A DNA stretch of 63,562 bases from positions 1 to 63,562 of the forward strand of contig JAHWIG010000003.1 of assembly GCA_019322735.1 (NCBI GenBank). The letters are read 5' to 3'. Within the stretch, counting starts at the first letter, position 1, and the number at the start of each line of letters is the position of its first letter. The notes below the pieces were generated by a model that worked only from the letters and a program-made list of their open reading frames with translations, was not told the DNA's origin and ran no database searches. The DNA comes from Candidatus Woesearchaeota archaeon (GTDB taxonomy: Archaea > Nanobdellota > Nanobdellia > Woesearchaeales > BS150m-G63). Below are positions 17,756-29,949 of the stretch, piece by piece. The translations under genes and the position numbers were made by a program.

Positions 17756-17993
17756 TTCCCAAATCAGTCCCAAAAAACGCCACCTCAGAACAACCCCACC
17801 CTCTAAAGATCAATTCCTAATCTATTCCCACACCATTCCCACCACAGTCCTAGTACATTCCCAACTCTTTCCCAACATAGTCCCAATAAATAATCTAATA
17901 TCCACCCTAACAATAAAATTAAGCAATTTAAAGCAATATATCATTCCCATTCCAGTCCCAATATATTCCCACCACAGTCCCAAATCTTTCCCA
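17756..17993 (+). repeat. Array of 12 same-strand (T/G)TCCCA hexamers, including a duplicated 16-mer ATTCCCACCACAGTCC
   Basis: TTCCCA at 17756, 17825, 17836, 17858, 17869, 17944, 17966 and 17988. GTCCCA at 17767, 17880, 17955 and 17977. The 16-mer is at 17835-17850 and 17965-17980. The region is strongly C-rich and G-poor on the + strand and ends at TATA-like TTTATATATT (17998-18007). Confidence 0.85.
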
Positions 17994-18027
17994 AAAATTT
18001 ATATATTAGCAGCAACTATTAACAAAT

Positions 18028-18678
18028 ATGGCATGGTTCAAAAAGAATTACGCAACAAAAGAAGATCTATTTGCACTGCATTCTTCATTAACAAATTCAT
18101 TTCAAAACGTAAAAGGCCACACTTCAAACATATTTGAATGGCTTAATTATTTCTTCCACAAATCACAGGAACATGAAAATTACCTCATAAACCAGAACAG
18201 ATTACTCGAGGAAATCAATCAAAAACTCTCAAATCCTGTGTTATCTAGGCAGGAAATAAGGAATCTTATCGACGAGCATTACACTGTAAAAGACTTGCTA
18301 AACAAGATAGATACATTCGATAATCAGATAGAAAACATAATGGATTCTCACCAACCTATGCACGACAAAATATCACAATTACATTCAAGGATAGAGAAGA
18401 TCGAATCCCCTCAATCACCGACTTTTAAGGAAAAATTGATTAAGAAAATAACTAAAAATTCAAAGACCTACGTAAAAAATCTAATCTTCTCTACAATACA
18501 TAAATATGAAAGCATATCCTCCTTAAAATTAAGGGAGATTGTCGTAGAGGAACAGGGATTATGCTCTAAGAGCTCATTTTATCGTCTATTAACAGAATTA
18601 GAAGAGTCTGGAGAAGTGGATGTAGCACGACAAGGAACAGAAAAACTCTACCTCAGCAAGCTTGTAAAACGCCATTAA
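18028..18678 (+). CDS. Coiled-coil plus C-terminal winged-helix DNA-binding protein
   Basis: The C-terminus LREIVVEEQGLCSKSSFYRLLTELEESGEVDVARQG is wHTH-like. The N-terminal half is helical and heptad-rich. Confidence 0.55.
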   Translation: MAWFKKNYATKEDLFALHSSLTNSFQNVKGHTSNIFEWLNYFFHKSQEHENYLINQNRLLEEINQKLSNPVLSRQEIRNLIDEHYTVKDLLNKIDTFDNQIENIMDSHQPMHDKISQLHSRIEKIESPQSPTFKEKLIKKITKNSKTYVKNLIFSTIHKYESISSLKLREIVVEEQGLCSKSSFYRLLTELEESGEVDVARQGTEKLYLSKLVKRH

Positions 18679-18738
18679 TTCTTTTTAGAAAACTTTTTAA
18701 ACAACCCAAACATAGATGATATTAATTAGAAATTAACA

Positions 18739-19299
18739 ATGGTAAAAAAACAAAAAAACGATGTTTCTCGTCGAGAAAACACTGAAAAAGACGATAAATT
18801 AAAGGCAACCTTTAATAAAATAAAAGAGGAATTTGAAGATCATCTTGACTCAATAAATGAGAATACAAATGAGATTCATTCTAATTACGAATATCTGTGC
18901 GAATTAGATTCAAAAATAGAAAAAGTAAATGAAAAATTAGAGGAGATAATGATGTTCATGCAGCATATGTCCAAGAAAAGTCCCAAGTCAAATAAACAAA
19001 AATTCACTATAAAACCACTGACGAGAAAAGAGCAGGAAATATTCCTTGGTTTATACACATTAGATCAGGATCAAGAGTCAGTTACGTATAATAAGCTGGC
19101 AAAATTTCTTTGTATAACCACTTACCTTACACAGAATTACATAACAAATCTAATTGAGAAAGGCATACCAATACAGAAGAGATATGCAGACAATGAAGTA
19201 AATCTGACTATTAACCCACAGTTCAGAGAACTACAGGCAAAAAACAATATAGTAAAAATAAATGAATCGGTTTCTAAACAAATAGCTTCTCAAAGATAG
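18739..19299 (+). CDS. Paralogous coiled-coil plus wHTH protein
   Basis: Same architecture as the upstream gene: LTRKEQEIFLGLY...VTYNKLAKFLCITTYLTQNYITNLIEKGIPIQKR. Confidence 0.55.
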   Translation: MVKKQKNDVSRRENTEKDDKLKATFNKIKEEFEDHLDSINENTNEIHSNYEYLCELDSKIEKVNEKLEEIMMFMQHMSKKSPKSNKQKFTIKPLTRKEQEIFLGLYTLDQDQESVTYNKLAKFLCITTYLTQNYITNLIEKGIPIQKRYADNEVNLTINPQFRELQAKNNIVKINESVSKQIASQR

Positions 19300-19418
19300 A
19301 GATATTAATAGGGTTATTATATAAAAACTATCACAAAATATAGGTTATAGAATATAAGTAATTAAAAATACCCCTTAACAAAATAATGCTTAAAACATTT
19401 AAGCTTTAACTAAAACTT

Positions 19419-20228
19419 TTATAACTCATCTAAAGGGCTTCTCACCTTCTTGAGCTCTTCTTTGGAGATTCTAGTATATATCTGTGTTGTTTGCAGATTA
19501 GCATGACCCAGCAGCTCCTGTATCTTCCTGATATCAACACCAGCTTCAAGCAGATGCGTGGCAAAGCAATGCCTCAGAGTATGCGGGCTTACTTTCTTCT
19601 TGATTCCAGCAGATTTAGCCGCATTAGTTACAATCTTCCTGACATTCCTATCAGACATAACACCATTTGGTCCTGGAAAGGCATATTCTGACTCAAAACC
19701 CCTACTTCTAAAGTGGTTTTCTAGTTCTTTTGCTAATCTCTCAGATAATATAACCATTCTGTCCTTTCTTCCCTTCCCTCTACGTACCCAGGCAATCTTC
19801 TCATTAAATTCAAGATCATCCACTTTCATATTAATGCACTCACTCAATCTCAATCCAGAAGAATATAACATTTTTATGATTAGCTTACTCTTTTTATTAC
19901 TCGCTGATTCGATCAATCTACTGACTTCTTCTTTATTCAAAACAACAGGAAGCTTTTTATCTATCTTAGGGGTTCTTAATGTTACAATGCCTTTTTTCAA
20001 AACTTCATCATAAAAGAACTTTAATGCAGCTTTTACTAATCCAACAGATGCGGCAGAATATTTCTTATTGCTCAAAAGATGCACAATATATTTTCGGATA
20101 TCATCTTCAACAATATCATCTACATCTTTTTGGATATACTTCAGAAATAGCTTATTGTAGTACATATATGCCTTTACAGTTTGCTCAGAAAATCCCCTTA
20201 AACTCAATTCTGTCAGTAATTTTTCCAT
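19419..20228 (-). CDS. xerA: Tyrosine recombinase, XerA/XerCD-like
   Basis: An N-terminal SAM-like core-binding domain (GFSEQTVKAYMYY) plus catalytic R (SGLRLSE), HTLRHCFATH and LLGHANLQTTQIYTRI. Confidence 0.85.
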   Translation of the reverse strand: MEKLLTELSLRGFSEQTVKAYMYYNKLFLKYIQKDVDDIVEDDIRKYIVHLLSNKKYSAASVGLVKAALKFFYDEVLKKGIVTLRTPKIDKKLPVVLNKEEVSRLIESASNKKSKLIIKMLYSSGLRLSECINMKVDDLEFNEKIAWVRRGKGRKDRMVILSERLAKELENHFRSRGFESEYAFPGPNGVMSDRNVRKIVTNAAKSAGIKKKVSPHTLRHCFATHLLEAGVDIRKIQELLGHANLQTTQIYTRISKEELKKVRSPLDEL

Positions 20229-20253
20229 TATTAACCTCTTTTGTGCTTAAATT

Positions 20254-20281
20254 AGTTCCTATAATGTACCTTATAGGAACT
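20254..20281. other. Perfect 11-6-11 palindrome AGTTCCTATAA-TGTACC-TTATAGGAACT. Candidate recombinase core (dif-like) site or operator.
   Basis: Read directly, 26 bp upstream of the recombinase start codon, between that start and TATA-like TTTATATAAAA. Confidence 0.5.
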
Positions 20282-20621
20282 TTTATATAAATTTTACCTT
20301 AAAATGAGTTGTTTTGTGCTTAAACCCCCTTACTTTACTATAATCTAATCAAAAACACCTAGTTTTTGTAAAAAATAAGTAAAACTAAGAGATGTCAAAA
20401 AATAACAAAGTATCAAAAAACAAAAAAACACCCATTTTTCTTCATTTTTTATTAAAATAAATAATTTAATCTTTGCTTAAAAGTTTTAGTCTTACCACAA
20501 ATTCTCTAAATTATATAGTCTGTAATAGTTTCAATATATCATATATATCATAGAATATACTACAAATCATAATTTATTTATACTACCTAATCATTAGTTA
20601 AATAAAATAAGGTGATTTAAA

Positions 20622-21419
20622 ATAAAAAAAGAGCACTCATACGGAATTCTTGCAATTGTTGCCATAGTAGCAATAGTCGCATTATTTAATCTATCTTCTA
20701 CAAAAGTTATTACAACTACTGAAAGTTCTATTGAAGAATCAAGTGATTTAGTTGGTGAAGCATTTAAGGGATCTAAAAAGGATAGGAATCTAAATATCAA
20801 GGGGTCATGTGTTCCAGATAGTTGTTCTACAGCATATTATGTCAATAGTTCCTATTGTTATATTAATGATGCTGGATCCTGTGCAGGTTATGTTCAATGT
20901 GTGAATGATGATAATCTGAGTTCATATAATATTAGTTGTATAAGTGGTGGTAGTAAAGTTATTTGTTCTGAGCTTAACAGACAAGGTTATTTGTCTTTTG
21001 ATGATATGATGGCTAGTAAAACGTTTGCCAATGAACGAATTAATAAATTTACTACTCTTGGTTATCATTATTGGGCTAAGCCCCTTGTTAAAGTCATGCA
21101 GAGATCATCAGAAATAACAGACCTAGTCGAACCATTAGGACTTGCATGGGGCAAACACATGTCATATGAGATGGGAATGGGATTAAAAGATGATTCTCTA
21201 GGGAAATTAATATCTGAGATTGGAGTACCAGAAAGCCAATCACTGGGACTATGGTTAACAAAAAATAAGTTAGTAGATTCAAGGATTAGTGAAGAAAAAA
21301 TTGAGGAGTTAGCAAAGAAATACTTGACAGATTTATTTGAAGGTAGTGAAGAAGAAGTTAAACAAAAGATAAAAACAAGATTACCAAACTTCTTCAAAGA
21401 AGTTAAACCGATGAATTAA
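20622..21419 (+). CDS. Membrane-anchored Cys-rich protein of unknown function, with a probable non-canonical (ATA) start
   Basis: The frame is open from 20616. It encodes the TM helix GILAIVAIVAIVALF and a Cys-rich segment upstream of the ORF-track GTG at 20901. No ATG, GTG or TTG occurs in 20616-20900. SD AAGGTGAT (20609-20616) lies 5 nt before ATA 20622. Confidence 0.5.
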   Translation: MKKEHSYGILAIVAIVAIVALFNLSSTKVITTTESSIEESSDLVGEAFKGSKKDRNLNIKGSCVPDSCSTAYYVNSSYCYINDAGSCAGYVQCVNDDNLSSYNISCISGGSKVICSELNRQGYLSFDDMMASKTFANERINKFTTLGYHYWAKPLVKVMQRSSEITDLVEPLGLAWGKHMSYEMGMGLKDDSLGKLISEIGVPESQSLGLWLTKNKLVDSRISEEKIEELAKKYLTDLFEGSEEEVKQKIKTRLPNFFKEVKPMN

Positions 21420-21450
21420 AATGAAAAAAGAGAATATTATTTCTTAGAAA

Positions 21451-22118
21451 TCATCCAACATAACTCAAAGTCTTCCTGTCTTGCTGTTTTTGTGCAGCAA
21501 CACCCTTTTCCATCAGATTTCTTAATTTATTCTCAAATTCTTCTGCTTGTTTTAACAATGGTTTATAATCAACATTTAATCCAAGATATTTATCTATTCT
21601 GCAAATAAACAAGTCAATGAAATATTATCTTTTGCTGTAACCATGAGTGCAGATGTTATCCCCATTATAATGCCTTCTTTTAATGGCTGTACATCAATCT
21701 TCTGTAACTTACTCTTTAACTTATCTTTATTAACATAGTAAAATACTTTAGACTCACCAGTCATTGTTGGAGATCCAACACCTTCTAAGCTTATTATCTC
21801 CTTAGACCCTAACTCTTTCGCAAGATTAAGTATAAATTCAGCAGCCTTCCATTCAACACCGGATGAGCCTGATATAGAATGAATAATAACAAGATTATTC
21901 TCTTTATTATAGAAAATTCCAATTGGATTTACAATCTTTTCCCCATGAATTGCAATAGTTGCAGGCAAATCTTCAAACCAATATCTCCCAATTAATTCAC
22001 AATCAAGATGATCAATAAGGTATTCAGTGGCAATAGTTCCAATTAAACCAAAACCAGGAAACCCCTCTATAATCAGTGGATTTTTTGGTTTTTTCTTAAG
22101 ATTAAGTTTCATATTCAC
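21451..22118 (-). pseudogene. PAC2-family (proteasome assembly chaperone-like) gene with a 1-nt frame disruption near 21594-21600
   Basis: The N-terminal 174 aa (LIIEGFPGFGLIGTIATEYLIDHL) end at TAG 21594-21596. The family-typical C-terminus ...DKYLGLNVDYKPLLKQAEEFENKLRNLMEK... continues in another frame to TGA 21451-21453. Confidence 0.6.
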
Positions 22119-22181
22119 CTCTTCTTAATTTCAAACACTTTACAAGATATATAAATCTTTCTGAACAAGTAAAAACCAACT

Positions 22182-22361
22182 CTATTTCTTCTTAGATTTT
22201 CTCTTGGCAAACTTTCCGGTTAATAGTTTTGGTAAACTCTTTGCCATTTTAATAAAAGAGGCATTATCTTTCTTCAATTGCTCTTTTGTCCAGATTTTTT
22301 TCTTTTCCAGTTCTTTTGCCTTTTTTAACGCTTTTTTTACGTCTTCTTTCAAATTATTCAC
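22182..22361 (-). CDS. Candidate small basic protein (59 aa, GTG start overlapping the aIF2-gamma stop)
   Basis: VNNLKEDVKKALKKAKELEKKKIWTKEQLKKDNASFIKMAKSLPKLLTGKFAKRKSKKK. It is below the ORF-track length cutoff and fills an otherwise empty 230-bp gap on the coding strand. Confidence 0.3.
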   Translation of the reverse strand: MNNLKEDVKKALKKAKELEKKKIWTKEQLKKDNASFIKMAKSLPKLLTGKFAKRKSKKK

Positions 22362-23598
22362 CCCTTATTATCCCATAACCAATCAATCTAAATCTAGTTC
22401 CAACCATTCTGGATATTGTGACTCTTGATCCCATCCCTGCACATACTGGCAACTTTAATCTTGCCTTGAATCCATTTTTCTTCAACTCATTAACAACCCC
22501 AGCAGTAACAGCTGAATTTACATTAAACATCAATGCCTCATTCATCTTTATTGGATCAACCTTTAATTCTTCTTCTGTTCCAACTACTCTTTCTAATAAT
22601 TTTGATTCAAGATGCAATTCATACCATACTTGTGGCATTTTTCCTGGAACCCCTACAACATTCCCACTTAAATTATCTGATTTTACAATAACAGGATCAA
22701 GTAATGTAGATATTGCAATAGATCCACCAGGATGGGCTTCTTTTATCTTATTCTCTCCACTCATCAATCCCTTTATCTTTGTCTTGATAGGCACCCATAT
22801 CTTTTTATTGTGTTCTTCTTTACTTCTTCCAGGCAGAATTTCTATTTCATCTCCCTCCTTCAATATACCTTCTTTTACTGCTCCACCAAGAACACCTCCA
22901 AGAAGTTTTTTAGGTTCAGTTCCTGGTTTATTGATATCAAATGATCTTACAACAAACATAATTGGTGATTTTTTCTTATCCCTTTTTGGGGTTGGTATGT
23001 GTTTCTCTATTGTTTCAATAAGATAATCAATATTTGTAGAAAATTGAGCAGAAATTGGTATGATTGGTGCATCTTTGTAAGGGGTTTTCTTCAAAAATTC
23101 TCTTACCTCTTTGTAATTATTTAATGCTTCTTCCTCTGAAACCAAATCAATCTTATTCTGAACAATAATAACATTCTTTATACCTATGATTTCTAATGCC
23201 ATTAAATGTTCCCTTGTCTGTAGTTGAGGGCAGGGTTCATTTGCAGAAACAAGCAATAAAGCACCATCCATAACATTTGCTCCGCTTAACATGGTTGCCA
23301 TCAAACTCTCATGCCCAGGAGCATCAACAAAAGAAACAGTCCTCAATACTTTTGTCTTTGACTTGCAATTATCACATTTATCTTTAACAGTATATGCCTT
23401 TCCTCCCTTGCATTTTGTGCATTTTTTGAAAGAAGTATTTGCATAACCAAGCCGTATAGTAATCCCTTTTTTCAATTCTTCAGAATGAGTATCTGTCCAC
23501 TTCCCACTAAGTCTCTCAGTCAGTGTTGTCTTTCCATGATCAACATGCCCAACTAATCCAATATTAATTTCTGGTTGTGATTCTTTTGTTTTCTTCAC
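22354..23598 (-). CDS. eif2g: Translation initiation factor aIF-2 gamma subunit
   Basis: GHVDHGKTTL, the zinc knuckle CTKCKGG...CDNCKS, and NKIDL. Confidence 0.92.
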   Translation of the reverse strand: MKKTKESQPEINIGLVGHVDHGKTTLTERLSGKWTDTHSEELKKGITIRLGYANTSFKKCTKCKGGKAYTVKDKCDNCKSKTKVLRTVSFVDAPGHESLMATMLSGANVMDGALLLVSANEPCPQLQTREHLMALEIIGIKNVIIVQNKIDLVSEEEALNNYKEVREFLKKTPYKDAPIIPISAQFSTNIDYLIETIEKHIPTPKRDKKKSPIMFVVRSFDINKPGTEPKKLLGGVLGGAVKEGILKEGDEIEILPGRSKEEHNKKIWVPIKTKIKGLMSGENKIKEAHPGGSIAISTLLDPVIVKSDNLSGNVVGVPGKMPQVWYELHLESKLLERVVGTEEELKVDPIKMNEALMFNVNSAVTAGVVNELKKNGFKARLKLPVCAGMGSRVTISRMVGTRFRLIGYGIIRGE

Positions 23599-23603
23599 GA
23601 TTT

Positions 23604-24248
23604 TTATTTTTCCTCAGGCTTCTTTTCTTCTTCTTTCTTTTCCTTAGGCTCTGGCTTTTCTTTTTCCTCTGCTTTCTCTTCCTTTTTCACTTCCCTCTTA
23701 GGTTTCTTTTCTGTCTCTGCTTTTTTTTCTTCTTCAGGTTTCTCTTCTTTAGGTGTTTCTTCTTTAGCTTCTTCAGTTGGTTTCACTTCTTCCTTGTTTT
23801 GCGAAGCAGAATCTTGAAGACCTTTTTTGTCTTCTTGTGGTTTTTCTTCAGCCTTACCTTCTTCTGCAGGTTTTGCTTCTCCAGAATCTAATTTAGCCTT
23901 GCCATAGGTTATTATCTTAAGATTTATCTGACTGGTTTTCTGTCCAATTGTATTTCCTCTTACAGTCTTTCTCTGTCTTTGACCCTTTCTCTTTCTCTTG
24001 GCTCCAACACCGCTAACAATCAGTATCTTTTTCATTCCTACTCCGTCAAGATCTTTTCTCATAGGAAATCCAGAACTATCACTACCACCAGTTATCTTAA
24101 ATTCATATCCATTTAAACCAAATAAATCTCCTTTTAATTTATCTCCAATCATTTTACCTAAGAAGACTTCTGCTTCAGCTTCCTTAACTTCTCGCTGATA
24201 ACATTTGCCAGTCTTAGGGTCAGCTAAAACTAATTTATAATCTGTCAT
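23604..24248 (-). CDS. rps6e: 30S ribosomal protein S6e with a ~90-aa Lys/Glu tail
   Basis: MTDYKLVLADPKTGKCYQREV..., ITGGSDSSGFPMRKD and RKGQRQRKTVRGN. Confidence 0.9.
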   Translation of the reverse strand: MTDYKLVLADPKTGKCYQREVKEAEAEVFLGKMIGDKLKGDLFGLNGYEFKITGGSDSSGFPMRKDLDGVGMKKILIVSGVGAKRKRKGQRQRKTVRGNTIGQKTSQINLKIITYGKAKLDSGEAKPAEEGKAEEKPQEDKKGLQDSASQNKEEVKPTEEAKEETPKEEKPEEEKKAETEKKPKREVKKEEKAEEKEKPEPKEKKEEEKKPEEK

Positions 24249-24361
24249 ATTCCGACCTCCCGAGGTTTGTTTACCTCAGCACAAGCATATTAATGAAAAA
24301 CAAGGGCATCATTTATAAATGTTATGTAAAATCTTTTATACCTAATAATATTACTAAGAAC

Positions 24362-25312
24362 ATGTCAAAAAGAATTATGGATGTAGAGGAAGCAAATATA
24401 AAAGAAAAATTTGCTGAAAGATATAAATCATTACTTGGAAAAGAATATGATACTTTTATAGAGTATTCTTTAACATTTCCAAGAAGAAGTCTTAGGGTAA
24501 ACACCATAAAAATATCTATATCAGAATTAAAAAAACGATTAGAAAAAAGATGGGAACTAACTCAAATTCCTTGGTGCAAAGAAGGATTTTGGATAAAGCA
24601 TATAAAAGGAGAAAGAAGGGATATAGGAAATCTAATAGAACATCAACTTGGTTATTTCCATGTACAGGAATCTGCTTCAATGATTCCCCCTTTAGTATTA
24701 GATCCAAAACCAAATGAATTGATTCTTGATATGTGCGCATCTCCTGGATCAAAATCAACACAGATTGCAATAAGGATGAAAAACAAAGGGCTATTGATAA
24801 CAAACGATTACAAAGGGATGCGCCTCAAGCCATTGGGAATAAATTTACAAAAAGCAGGATTAACCAATACAATAACAACATTAATGGATGGAAATCGATT
24901 CAAAGGGTTTCAATTTGACCGAATCCTAGTGGATGCTCCATGTTCTGGAACAGGGACAATAAGGAAAAGTCTGAAAACCCTGAGAATATGGAACCCCAAC
25001 ATGATCGGAAGATTATGCATGACACAAAAGAGTCTAATAAATAATGCATTTAACAATCTCAAGAAAGGGGGAATTCTTGTATACAGTACATGTAGTATGG
25101 AACCAGAAGAAAATGAAGAAGTTGTTTCTTATTTACTTGAGAAATACGATAATGCCAAAATACAAGAGATAGTTCTGCCAATAAATAGAAGTAAACCAAT
25201 AAGATCTTTCAATAATAAAAAATATCACAAAGAGATAAGTAAGTGTTTGAGAATTTGGCCACAGGATAATGATACAGAAGGATTTTTTATCGCAAAAATT
25301 AAAAAAACCTAA
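24362..25312 (+). CDS. NOL1/NOP2/Sun-family RNA cytosine-C5 methyltransferase
   Basis: DMCASPGSKSTQ, DAPCSGTGT and YSTCS motifs. ATG 24362 fits the TATA-like TTTATAAAT at 24312-24320 better than the ORF-track start at 24293. Confidence 0.85.
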   Translation: MSKRIMDVEEANIKEKFAERYKSLLGKEYDTFIEYSLTFPRRSLRVNTIKISISELKKRLEKRWELTQIPWCKEGFWIKHIKGERRDIGNLIEHQLGYFHVQESASMIPPLVLDPKPNELILDMCASPGSKSTQIAIRMKNKGLLITNDYKGMRLKPLGINLQKAGLTNTITTLMDGNRFKGFQFDRILVDAPCSGTGTIRKSLKTLRIWNPNMIGRLCMTQKSLINNAFNNLKKGGILVYSTCSMEPEENEEVVSYLLEKYDNAKIQEIVLPINRSKPIRSFNNKKYHKEISKCLRIWPQDNDTEGFFIAKIKKT

Positions 25313-25359
25313 CATTTTTATAGTCTAATAGTATCCAATTATTAAAAAGAGGTTGATGA

Positions 25360-29928
<4,569 letters not shown>

Positions 29929-29949
29929 TAAGACCACACTACAACATAT

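Noticed and set aside
17420-18137. ORFs 17420..17806(+) and 17736..18137(+), which are Pro/Ser/Ile-rich
   Set aside because: They translate the CCC-rich TCCCA repeat array or run antisense to the methylase. There is no SD or start context, and the composition is driven by the repeats.
20340-20608. AT-rich ~270-bp gene-free stretch as a possible replication origin
   Set aside because: I could find no ORB-like repeats, no adjacent orc1/cdc6 gene and no clear inverted repeats. It is more likely just promoter and spacer DNA.
23577-23891. ORF 23577..23891(+), a Phe/Leu/Cys-rich 104-aa product
   Set aside because: It is antisense to the eS6 K/E tail and is a compositional artefact.
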